A stretch of 64,000 bases of DNA from Nitrospirales bacterium (GTDB lineage: Bacteria > Nitrospirota > Nitrospiria > Nitrospirales > UBA8639). This document shows, one piece after another, positions 55,690 through 64,000 of the stretch. The translations under genes were made by a program, and so were the position numbers. The notes below the pieces were generated by a model. It was not told the origin of the DNA. It saw nothing but the letters and a program-made list of their open reading frames with translations, and did not search any database. The stretch's first letter is position 1. Every line of letters begins with the position of its first letter. The DNA lies in assembly GCA_965223295.1 (NCBI GenBank), contig CBDCWC010000003.1:1056001-1120000 (forward strand). Reading direction: 5' to 3'.

Positions 55690-57498
55690 ATGCCTTTTCC
55701 TGCGACTGGAAAAATTCAAGTTCTTCCAGATGATGTATCCTGCCGAATTGCGGCTGGTGAAGTTGTTGAACGCCCGGCTTCCGTGGTCAAAGAACTCATT
55801 GACAATAGTTTAGACGCCGGGAGTTCGCTCATCACGATTGAAATAGAAGAAGGCGGTCGCCGTCTTCTACGAGTGACAGATAATGGAGCGGGAATGAATC
55901 GGACAGATGCCCAGTTGGCTCCGCACCGCTTTGCGACCAGTAAATTAAAAACCGAAGACGATCTTTTCACACTCACGACTTTAGGATTCAGAGGAGAAGC
56001 GCTGCCCAGTATTGCCTCGGTCTCCCGATTTCGCCTGAAAACCATACAAGCCGATACACCTATTGGCACCGAAACGTATTCGGAAGGCGGCAATAACTGG
56101 CAGTCACAAGATTACGCAGGGCCTCCAGGGACCCAAGTAGAAGTACAGGACATTTTTTTTAACACTCCCGGCCGATTGAAATTTTTAAAAACCGTGTCCA
56201 CAGAATTCTCAAAGATTTCCTATACCGTTCAACAAGCTGCAACCATCAATCCCCATATCCACTTTAGGCTGTGGCATCATGCCCAAAAAGTCTTGGATTA
56301 CCCTACCGTGTCCACCTTTCAAGATCGCTTAGTTCAAATATATGGTCCAACATTTCTTGATCGGTTTCTCCAGATTGCGTCAATAAATGAACCCTTCCGA
56401 CTCACAGGATTCACGGTTAGCCCTCATCATGCACGAACCTCTCGCACGCCACAGGAAATTTTCATCAATGGGCGACCCATTAAAAACACCACTATTTCCC
56501 ATGCGATCTACGAAGGCTACAAGTCATTTCTTCCGAAAAGAAAACATCCGCAATACATTGTCTGCATTCAACTTGATCCCCAAACATTGGACATTAATGT
56601 CCATCCAACAAAACGAGAAGTACGCTTTTCTCATCCTGAACTCTTGTATTCTGGAGTGCTACGCGCCATCAAGCACACGTTCGTCAACACATCATCTTTC
56701 GACGGTGATTTGCGAATACAGGAGAACACAGGGGTTCCCACTCAATCTCAAATCCCCTCAGCCAAGCCGACGCCACAGTCCTTAGGCGTCACCCCTCGAT
56801 CGGCTGTGCCCTTTTCTTCTGAGTCAGCAAGAACCAAAGCGACACATTTCTCTCTCTTTGCCCAAGAACCTCAATCGGCTTACCATGTCCAACAGCCTAA
56901 ATTTCAGGTTATGGCCCTCGGGCAAATTCACCGAACCTATCTCTTGGGCCACATCAATGAAGATCTGTATATTATCGATCAACATACGGCTCATGAGCGT
57001 GTGCTGTTTGAACGCCTCCTCCAGGCATGGAACAAAAAGGATATTGCGCAACAAGGCCTGCTCATACCCGAACCCATAGAACTCCTTCCGCACCAAACGG
57101 AACTTATTGAAGAATGGCTCCCTGTGTTATCTCGTGTCGGTCTCGAAATTGAACGATTTGGGCCAAACTCGTATGTGGTACGCTCAGTCCCCGCGATATT
57201 GGGAACTGTTACCGTTGGCCCGCTAGTATCAGAGCTCTTGGAAGAACTCTCGGAATGGAGATCGACAGATTCATTAGAAACATTGCTTAGGCCGATTCTG
57301 GCGACGATGGCCTGCCAAAGCGCTGTCCAAGCTGGACGAACCATGGCGCTTCCTGAAATTTCTACATTGCTTCATGATTGGGCTCAAGAAAATTTTCCTA
57401 TGACCTGCCCCCATGGAAGACGTGTCGCGATTCGACATTCAGTAGAAGAATTGAATACCCTGTTTGCAAGGACCTCAGAAAAACAATCGACGATCTAA
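55690..57498 (+). CDS. mutL: DNA mismatch repair protein MutL
   Basis: IAAGEVVERPASVVKELIDNSLDAG, GFRGEAL, DINVHPTKREVRF, DQHTAHER, CPHGR. Confidence 0.97.
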   Translation: MPFPATGKIQVLPDDVSCRIAAGEVVERPASVVKELIDNSLDAGSSLITIEIEEGGRRLLRVTDNGAGMNRTDAQLAPHRFATSKLKTEDDLFTLTTLGFRGEALPSIASVSRFRLKTIQADTPIGTETYSEGGNNWQSQDYAGPPGTQVEVQDIFFNTPGRLKFLKTVSTEFSKISYTVQQAATINPHIHFRLWHHAQKVLDYPTVSTFQDRLVQIYGPTFLDRFLQIASINEPFRLTGFTVSPHHARTSRTPQEIFINGRPIKNTTISHAIYEGYKSFLPKRKHPQYIVCIQLDPQTLDINVHPTKREVRFSHPELLYSGVLRAIKHTFVNTSSFDGDLRIQENTGVPTQSQIPSAKPTPQSLGVTPRSAVPFSSESARTKATHFSLFAQEPQSAYHVQQPKFQVMALGQIHRTYLLGHINEDLYIIDQHTAHERVLFERLLQAWNKKDIAQQGLLIPEPIELLPHQTELIEEWLPVLSRVGLEIERFGPNSYVVRSVPAILGTVTVGPLVSELLEELSEWRSTDSLETLLRPILATMACQSAVQAGRTMALPEISTLLHDWAQENFPMTCPHGRRVAIRHSVEELNTLFARTSEKQSTI

Positions 57499-57504
57499 TT
57501 TTCT

Positions 57505-58569
57505 ATGCAAAACAGCGAACTCATTCAGACACATAAACCTCTAGTCGCACTAGTCGGTCCAACTGCGATTGGCAAAAGCCGTGTTGGGATTGAACTCGCC
57601 AAAGCACTGGAGACTGAAGTTCTGACAGCCGATTCCTGTCAGGTCTATCGCGGGATGGACATTGGAACTGATAAACCCACTTTTTCGGAACGCCAAGGAG
57701 TTCCTCATCGATTAATTGATCTGGTTGAGCCAGACCAATCGTTTAATGTGGGTGATTTTCGTCGGCGTGCCCTACAAGAAATCTCTCAGTTGCATAGTCA
57801 GGGACGGCTTCCCCTTGTCATTGGAGGAACCGGACTCTACATTCGAGGACTCTTAAGGGGATTATGTCCGGGCCCTCCAGCCAATTGGGCTATCCGGCAG
57901 GCCTTAACGCAAGAAGCGACAGAACAAGGATGGGGATTTTTGCATGAAAAATTACAAAAAGTAGATCCTGATCTTGCTCGACGTCTCCATCCCCACGACC
58001 GGCCCAAAGTCCTTCGAGGACTTGAAGTCTATCATGAGCTTGGCATCCCCCTATCAAGGATGCAGCAGCAACATCAGTTTCAAGAGACTTCGTATCCCTT
58101 TTTACTGATTGGCCTCACGATGGAACGTCAAACTCTCTATCGGCGTATTGAGGCTCGTGTCGAATGGGAGATCGAAAAAGGTCTCATCGAAGAAACGCGA
58201 GGTCTTCTAGGGCAAGGTTATTCCCGCGATTTAGGGTCAATGAAAGGATTAGGCTATCGTCAATTTTCAGGATATTTGGCAGGAGACTACTCCTATGACG
58301 AAGCGGTGCGATTGCTTAAGCGTGATACCCGCCATTTTGCTAAGCGGCAAATGACCTGGTTCCGAAAAGAGCCGGGTATTCATTGGCTGACAATTGAGGA
58401 AGCAGACATTCCTACTCAGGCAGGAAATCGTATTCTGAAAAAATTAATGAATTTCTTGGTACATTTTCAACACCCCAAGCTAGTTCTATACCCTGTCAAA
58501 GCCTACCATCCGGCCAACGTTCTTGAAGCTCCGAGGCAACCAGATGTTTCTAAGACTTTTATTCATTAA
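57505..58569 (+). CDS. miaA: tRNA dimethylallyltransferase
   Basis: GPTAIGKS, DSCQVYRGMDIGTDKP, GGTGLY, AKRQMTWF. Confidence 0.97.
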   Translation: MQNSELIQTHKPLVALVGPTAIGKSRVGIELAKALETEVLTADSCQVYRGMDIGTDKPTFSERQGVPHRLIDLVEPDQSFNVGDFRRRALQEISQLHSQGRLPLVIGGTGLYIRGLLRGLCPGPPANWAIRQALTQEATEQGWGFLHEKLQKVDPDLARRLHPHDRPKVLRGLEVYHELGIPLSRMQQQHQFQETSYPFLLIGLTMERQTLYRRIEARVEWEIEKGLIEETRGLLGQGYSRDLGSMKGLGYRQFSGYLAGDYSYDEAVRLLKRDTRHFAKRQMTWFRKEPGIHWLTIEEADIPTQAGNRILKKLMNFLVHFQHPKLVLYPVKAYHPANVLEAPRQPDVSKTFIH

Positions 58570-58587
58570 ACCAAGGAAGCGAGTATA

Positions 58588-59502
58588 GTGCCCACAAGCA
58601 GAACACAAACGCGAAAAACCAAAGCGGAAGTGGCCATCATTGGCGGAAGTGGGCTCTACCATATGGAGGGACTTACGAGACTCAAAGAATTGAAGGTCAC
58701 AACCCCCTTTGGTAAACCCTCAGATTCCATTATGGTAGGGTCATTTGACGGTCTCAATGTCGCATTTTTAGCACGGCATGGTCGAGGGCACCGCATTTCC
58801 CCATCAGGCATCAATTATCGGGCAAACATTCATGCTCTCAAATCACTTGGAGTTTCTCGCGTCTTTTCGGTAAGTGCTGTGGGAAGCATGAAGGAAAAGA
58901 TTCGTCCTGGGGACTTCGTTCTCCCTGATCAATTCATTGATCGAACGACTCAACGGATCAGTACCTTTTTCAACCAGGGTATTGTGGCCCATGTGTCTCT
59001 GGCTGACCCGCTATGCTCAACATTGTCGTCTCTTTTTTGGAAGGCGAGTAAGAAGGTTTCTGTGAAAGTTCATCGTCCTGGGACCTACCTCTGCATGGAA
59101 GGTCCACAATTTTCGACCCGAGCTGAATCCAGGCTCTACCGAACATGGGGCGTCGATGTCATTGGTATGACCAATTTGACGGAGGCCAAACTCGCGCGGG
59201 AGGCTGAACTTTGTTATGCCACATTAGCGTTAGTGACAGACTATGACTGCTGGCATGAAACTGAAGAAGCCGTATCCGTTGGCGCCATTCTGGATATCAT
59301 GCACAACAATGTCCAAAAGGCTAAACAGGTATTGCAGCATGCTTTGAAACTGACAAAAAGTCTCGGCCCATGTGCTTGCCATACCGCATTAGCACATGCC
59401 GTGATTACGCCACTAACCGGGATGAGTCCGGTACTCAAAAAACGTTATAAAATTTTGCTTCATCGACAATTATTGACCATCAGCCAAACCAAGAAAAGGT
59501 AA
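58588..59502 (+). CDS. mtnP: S-methyl-5'-thioadenosine phosphorylase
   Basis: IIGGSG, ARHGRGH, EGPQFSTRAES, IGMT, VTDYDCW. Confidence 0.93.
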   Translation: MPTSRTQTRKTKAEVAIIGGSGLYHMEGLTRLKELKVTTPFGKPSDSIMVGSFDGLNVAFLARHGRGHRISPSGINYRANIHALKSLGVSRVFSVSAVGSMKEKIRPGDFVLPDQFIDRTTQRISTFFNQGIVAHVSLADPLCSTLSSLFWKASKKVSVKVHRPGTYLCMEGPQFSTRAESRLYRTWGVDVIGMTNLTEAKLAREAELCYATLALVTDYDCWHETEEAVSVGAILDIMHNNVQKAKQVLQHALKLTKSLGPCACHTALAHAVITPLTGMSPVLKKRYKILLHRQLLTISQTKKR

Positions 59503-59508
59503 TGAATT

Positions 59509-60423
59509 ATGGGAAATCTGTTAGTTGTCGGGTCGGTCGCGTTTGATTCTGTACGCACGCCGTTTGGCGAAGCCTCCAATGTCCTTGGAGGTTCCGCCAC
59601 GTATTTTTCCACCTCAGCGAGCTTCTTTACCGATGTCAACTTGATTGCCGTAGTCGGCGAAGATTTCCCAGAAGAACATCTGGACTTTCTTCGAAGCCGC
59701 AAGATTGATTTAGAAGGGTTAGAACGTCGGCCCGGAAAAACCTTTCGCTGGAAAGGCGAATATTCCAACCACTTAAATGAAGCCCAGACACTTGAGACGC
59801 ATCTCAATGTGCTGGAGACGTTTCGTCCAAAAATACCCGATCGCTACACGAACCCATCAGCTCTATTCCTCGGAAACATCGATCCGGAGTTACAACTGGA
59901 CGTGTTGAATAAAGTGACACGACCGTCCATTGTCGCCTGCGACACGATGAATTTTTGGATTGACAGCAAACGTGAGGCCTTATGGGACGTGCTAAAATTA
60001 GTTGATGTCCTAGTCATTAACGATGGAGAAGCCCGCGCATTGGGGGAAGATGCCAATTTAGTCCAAGTCGCCAAACGGATTTTGGCAAAAGGGCCTAAGA
60101 CGTTAATCATTAAACGCGGAGAATATGGGGTCCTGATGTTCCATGAAAAGGGCATCTTCGGCGCACCAGCCTATCCCTTAGAAACCGTCAAGGATCCGAC
60201 CGGAGCGGGGGATACATTTGCTGGAGGGTTTATGGGTTACCTTTCTGCATCCGGCAATTATTCGGAAGCGGGTCTTCGTCAAGCGATTATTTTCGGGAGT
60301 GTGATGGCTTCATTCAACGTAGAAGCCTTTAGTCTTGACCGATTGAAACAGTTGAGCAGGGAAGAAATTGATTCCAGATATTATTCTTTTAAACAACTTA
60401 CTCACTTCGAATCGTTGGCCTAA
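59509..60423 (+). CDS. PfkB-family carbohydrate/nucleoside kinase
   Basis: VGSVAFD, GGSATY, DPTGAGDTFAGG. Confidence 0.92.
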   Translation: MGNLLVVGSVAFDSVRTPFGEASNVLGGSATYFSTSASFFTDVNLIAVVGEDFPEEHLDFLRSRKIDLEGLERRPGKTFRWKGEYSNHLNEAQTLETHLNVLETFRPKIPDRYTNPSALFLGNIDPELQLDVLNKVTRPSIVACDTMNFWIDSKREALWDVLKLVDVLVINDGEARALGEDANLVQVAKRILAKGPKTLIIKRGEYGVLMFHEKGIFGAPAYPLETVKDPTGAGDTFAGGFMGYLSASGNYSEAGLRQAIIFGSVMASFNVEAFSLDRLKQLSREEIDSRYYSFKQLTHFESLA

Positions 60424-60456
60424 CTAGGAAGCTTGGACCCACGTTCAGGAAATTCT

Positions 60457-61380
60457 ATGGACTCCTTAGGAGACTATCTTAAAGAAGGTCGGAAGAAAAA
60501 AGGGGTGTCCTTAGAACACATTGCGTCGCAAACACGGATTCAAGAACATCATCTTCTCGCTCTAGAAGCTGAAGATTTTGGCAATCTACCGGCCAAAGTC
60601 TTTGCCAAAGGGTTTGTGAGATCCTATGCCAAAGCCCTAGGTCTGGATGAAGAAGAAGCTCTCCAGCGTTTTCTCCAAGCATCGGGAACGTTTTACGAAC
60701 AACACGAACCAGATCACCCACAACCTCATGCGCAAGTGACGTTGGAAGCTCCTCCACGTCAAGGGCCTAATTGGATGCTTATTTTGGGGGTCATGGCGGT
60801 CTTCACAATCTTGGGCATTTGGTTTGGATTGCCCGAGAGTCAAGAAGAAGAACAAATTGTCGGCTCAGAGCCAGAAATATCTTCACCCGTGACACCAAAA
60901 GAACCGTCGATTCTTCCACAAGCCTCTCCTCAACCAGATATCACAACAGAGAGTCCGCCTGTCACATCTAATGAATCAACATCTATAAAGGACACAACAC
61001 CTCTTCCCTCTTCTTCTCCTAGTCCTGTTCCAGCTTCACCTGTGCCGCTTGCCGCACCAGAACTTGTGGTGGAACCCGATCCGTTCCCGCCACCCACGCA
61101 ACCAATTGATGAAGTCGCCACGACTGAGGTTACGACTACTGAGTTTCAGATTCTTGAAATCGAAGCCACTCAGTTAACGTGGGTGGTTGTTCAGTCAGAC
61201 CAGCAAGATCCAAACGAGGCCTTATTGCAACCTGGGCAGCGTATTAGTTGGAAAGCCAAAGAGCAATTTTTGCTGACGCTCGGCAATGCCGCCGGAGTCG
61301 CTGTGCGACTCAATGGTGAATCCAAGGGCCCATTTGGAAAACCGGGACAGGTAGTACGTGATATTCGAATACGACCCTAA
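60457..61380 (+). CDS. rodZ: RodZ-like protein (HTH-TM-linker-DUF4115)
   Basis: LGDYLKEGR, KGFVRSYAKALGL, TM, Pro-rich linker, LGNAAGV..LNG. Confidence 0.85.
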   Translation: MDSLGDYLKEGRKKKGVSLEHIASQTRIQEHHLLALEAEDFGNLPAKVFAKGFVRSYAKALGLDEEEALQRFLQASGTFYEQHEPDHPQPHAQVTLEAPPRQGPNWMLILGVMAVFTILGIWFGLPESQEEEQIVGSEPEISSPVTPKEPSILPQASPQPDITTESPPVTSNESTSIKDTTPLPSSSPSPVPASPVPLAAPELVVEPDPFPPPTQPIDEVATTEVTTTEFQILEIEATQLTWVVVQSDQQDPNEALLQPGQRISWKAKEQFLLTLGNAAGVAVRLNGESKGPFGKPGQVVRDIRIRP

Positions 61381-61499
61381 CATGTTCGTTTGATTCTATG
61401 AGGGCATCATTTTTCCATCCGTCTGTCCCGTGAACCAAGCTGGGACAGATATTTCAAAATTTTGACTTTTTCCTTTGATTTATGGTTTTTTGGGAATTC

Positions 61500-61529
61500 T
61501 TGACAGGCCAAAAAATTCGTTGATATGAT
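61500..61529 (+). promoter_or_regulatory. Sigma70 promoter of the cytochrome c gene
   Basis: TTGACA-N18-TATGAT with extended -10 TG. Confidence 0.7.
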
Positions 61530-61675
61530 AAAAAGGTTTGGGCGGCGTTAGGGGATGACATTTATCCCTTCCCTCTCAAATACCCCGAACCAGAAAAAAT
61601 GGCGACAGGGGGTGTGACTGACACCTCAATTAAATTTTTTGTTCTCATCAACTCAGTTTAACCTAGGAGGCTTAC

Positions 61676-62137
61676 ATGAAGTTTTCAATGAAAATGCTTG
61701 TGATGGCAACAGCCGCTATGTTTCTGACAACTGGCTTGGCTATTGCCGGGCCAGAAAAAGATCCGTTAAAGGCTCGTGTGCCGGCTGATAAACGAGCGGC
61801 TGCAAAAAAAGTCAAATCTCCGTATGGGAAAAAATCCAAAGATGCCACTCCGGAAATTATTGCGGAAGGGAAAGCCATTTTTGAGGGTAAAGGTACCTGC
61901 GTGAATTGCCATGGGAAAGAAGGCAATGGACAAGGTCCTGCCGGCAAGGTTCTCAATCCTGGACCTCGAGATTTCACGAACTGTAAATTTCACAAAAAGC
62001 GCAAAGAGGGCGAACTCATGTGGGTCATCAAAAATGGTAGCCCTGGAACCGGAATGGTTCCGCTCATTCCAGCCACGATCAGCGAAGAAGAAGGCTGGAA
62101 AGTTATTGCCTATGAGAGAAGCTTCTGCAAAAAATAA
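61676..62137 (+). CDS. Periplasmic monoheme cytochrome c
   Basis: AGGAGG RBS, signal peptide, CVNCH, GxGxGP, PRDF, GTGM (probable Met ligand). Confidence 0.92.
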   Translation: MKFSMKMLVMATAAMFLTTGLAIAGPEKDPLKARVPADKRAAAKKVKSPYGKKSKDATPEIIAEGKAIFEGKGTCVNCHGKEGNGQGPAGKVLNPGPRDFTNCKFHKKRKEGELMWVIKNGSPGTGMVPLIPATISEEEGWKVIAYERSFCKK

Positions 62138-62158
62138 GCGGTAGGTTTTCGAAATTCC

Positions 62159-62194
62159 AACCCCCGTTGAGTTCAACTCAGCGGGGGTTTTTTT
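62159..62194 (+). terminator. Rho-independent terminator
   Basis: CCCCCGTTGAG-ttcaa-CTCAGCGGGGG followed by T7. Confidence 0.9.
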
Positions 62195-62235
62195 ATGAAA
62201 AATGAGGATTTTTCTGCTCCTTCTCTCTTGCTGCA

Positions 62236-62265
62236 TTGACACCTTTCAAGGCCCTTGACTAGACT
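62236..62265 (+). promoter_or_regulatory. Sigma70 promoter
   Basis: TTGACA-N18-TAGACT. Confidence 0.55.
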
Positions 62266-62333
62266 CTCTCTGGTAAATTTTTCTCTGTCCTTTTGGTATG
62301 GAATCATCTGTCAACTAGGAGAATGCTTAACAC

Positions 62334-62540
62334 ATGGCTAACAAACGATCTCTTCAGGAAGACATGGCCGCCCTTAAAACAAAAGTGCAAGAATCTTCTG
62401 GACAGAGCGAGAACCCTGAGAGAAATCCCGCAATTCGCTCGCTGAAGAAGCGCTTAAAGCGGACACAACGGAAAATTCAAAGCGCCAAAAAACGAGAGGC
62501 TGATCGGGAGGCGAGAACAGCCCCCGCCAAGGCATCATAA
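62334..62540 (+). CDS. 68-aa basic helical small protein
   Basis: AGGAG RBS, own promoter, RSLKKRLKRTQRK. Confidence 0.7.
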   Translation: MANKRSLQEDMAALKTKVQESSGQSENPERNPAIRSLKKRLKRTQRKIQSAKKREADREARTAPAKAS

Positions 62541-62575
62541 CGGGCTGACAGATAAAAAGTCTGGAGGAAAACTCT

Positions 62576-63448
62576 ATGCGTGAGGATCAAAAAAATATTG
62601 ATGATGAATTTTCAGATCAAACAGAATTTGTTTCTTTGGATGGCAACGAGAGCATACCCAAGGACGAGTTAGTCGACGAAGTGGCTGAAGCCTTGACGGC
62701 TGACTCGGACGAAGAGATGACAGATGTCGTGGCTTCTGCTGAGGCTGGAGCTGAGGAAGCCGTTGAACAGGAAGAAGAACTCGTTGAAGAGCAAGTCAAA
62801 GATGAAATTGATATCCAAATTGATCTGTTAAACGAAACCGATTGGGTCGTACGCCGCGAGGCCATTATCACTCTAGGTGAAATGGGGGATGAGCGATGCG
62901 TTGAGCCCATCGTACGGTGTTTGCGGGATGGAGATTGGCAAGTACGGGAAGCCGCGGTGGAAGCTCTCGCCATGATTGGTTCCCCGGCAGTCGACCTCCT
63001 GCTTCGCTACGTTCGTGATTACGATGCAAGAAAATCCGTGATTAAGACATTGGGAAAAATTAATGATGAGCGCGTTCTTGACCCGCTGATTAGCTTTATG
63101 CGAAATGATGAATTTAAAGATGACGCAACTTGGGCATTGGCAGAACTGGGGAAACCTGCTATCGGGCGACTGCTAGAATTATTAAAGGACCCTGATGAAA
63201 CAACTCGCAAGCAAGCCATTCTAGCGCTCGGAGAAATTAAAGATACCAGCTGTGTCGATTCGTTAATTGAAAGTTTAAAAGATCCAGATTGGTTTACCCG
63301 TCTTTCAGCCGCCTCTGCCTTGGAAAAAATCAAAGACCCTCGTGGGCGGGAAGCGGTCAAACCACTCATGAAAGATCCCGATATTGTGGTTCGGCTTCGG
63401 ATTGAGCGTATGCTAGCGGCTTGGAAAAAAGAGGCTGTTAGCGCCTAA
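62576..63448 (+). CDS. HEAT-repeat (PBS lyase-like) protein with acidic N-terminus
   Basis: GGAGG RBS; DWxVRxAA..ALG repeats. Confidence 0.88.
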   Translation: MREDQKNIDDEFSDQTEFVSLDGNESIPKDELVDEVAEALTADSDEEMTDVVASAEAGAEEAVEQEEELVEEQVKDEIDIQIDLLNETDWVVRREAIITLGEMGDERCVEPIVRCLRDGDWQVREAAVEALAMIGSPAVDLLLRYVRDYDARKSVIKTLGKINDERVLDPLISFMRNDEFKDDATWALAELGKPAIGRLLELLKDPDETTRKQAILALGEIKDTSCVDSLIESLKDPDWFTRLSAASALEKIKDPRGREAVKPLMKDPDIVVRLRIERMLAAWKKEAVSA

Positions 63449-63460
63449 CCTTCACTATGG

Positions 63461-63895
63461 TTAGGGCATTACCGTCTGTAGTTCTTGACGAAGTTCTTCT
63501 AGTAAATAAGGAGGAAGGTCCCTACCTTGTGCAAGGGTAGTTTGGGCAGCAAGAATTTTTTCTTTAACAGACTGAATCTTGTCTGCCATTCCGCCATTTG
63601 GATCCAGAGCTACGGCCTCATCTAAATGCTGAAGAGCCCGTTCGAATTCTCCAGAGGCTTCTCGAAAATCATGGTCCAATAAGTAGGCGCGGCCTTCGAT
63701 TAACCCATCCTTGGCTTCCAGCATTTTCCGCTGCAATTTGACGGTTTTATCCAAGCCGATCGTATTTTCTAATACCTCCCCTGACAGATTGCGCAATGTG
63801 CGCTTCACCACATCCGGTTGTTGACCCGTATAGTAACCAGCGCCAAAGACCACACCCAAGAGAAGACACCATCGAATAATCTTCATCATAAACAC
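63461..63895 (-). CDS. Membrane-anchored hypothetical protein
   Basis: GGAGG RBS near MMKII; TM ending FGAGYYTG; helical TPR-like C-terminus. Confidence 0.7.
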   Translation of the reverse strand: MFMMKIIRWCLLLGVVFGAGYYTGQQPDVVKRTLRNLSGEVLENTIGLDKTVKLQRKMLEAKDGLIEGRAYLLDHDFREASGEFERALQHLDEAVALDPNGGMADKIQSVKEKILAAQTTLAQGRDLPPYLLEELRQELQTVMP

Positions 63896-64000
63896 CTCCG
63901 ACGGTTAAGGTTGGTGCAACCAAGGAAGAACAGGAATCCTTACGACGCTGCTTGGAATGCTGCCGTCATTTACTCTCAGGCAAGTTTTTCTTCCCTGAGG

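Overview
Bacterial chromosomal window of moderate GC content. The organism is most likely a Nitrospirota (Nitrospirales) nitrifier; this is inferred from gene content (AlgE-type porin, Lon-N/ABC/SirB1 operon, HEAT-repeat proteins, monoheme cytochrome c, tol-pal-mutL-miaA-mtnP-pfkB-rodZ block), not proven. The left ~44 kb is a patchwork of small accessory units: MBL hydrolase, DrrAB-like ABC exporter, AttH/CrtC-like and BNR-propeller proteins, Sfp-type PPTase, CusRS-like two-component system with an LbtU-like porin, BicA-like SulP transporter with a truncated GAF sensor, a di-heme DHOR protein, def, a GCS2 ligase + M14 deacylase pair, a degenerate peroxiredoxin, cupredoxin, HDOD-sthA, PagL-like protein, and phhB coupled to a PoyC-like B12 radical SAM enzyme. 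The right ~20 kb is core genome: mltD, tRNA-Val, tRNA-Asp, tol-pal, mutL, miaA, mtnP, pfkB, rodZ and cytochrome c. I see no transposase, integrase, prophage, rRNA or CRISPR array. Intergenic DNA carries nine full or partial copies of a modular MITE-like repeat plus other palindromic and heptamer repeats. Top leads: (1) a Fur/PerR-box promoter driving a ~160-nt terminated RNA (candidate iron-responsive sRNA or attenuator); (2) a 597-aa all-coiled-coil lipoprotein ending in Lys inside tol-pal, next to long-linker Pal and TolA (candidate periplasm-spanning tether); (3) a RiPP-type C-methyltransferase with no precursor nearby, coupled to a pterin dehydratase; (4) a sigma54-driven 61-aa membrane peptide upstream of a bicarbonate transporter and a kinase-less sensor. 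All protein calls come from motif recognition by eye; no database searches were run.
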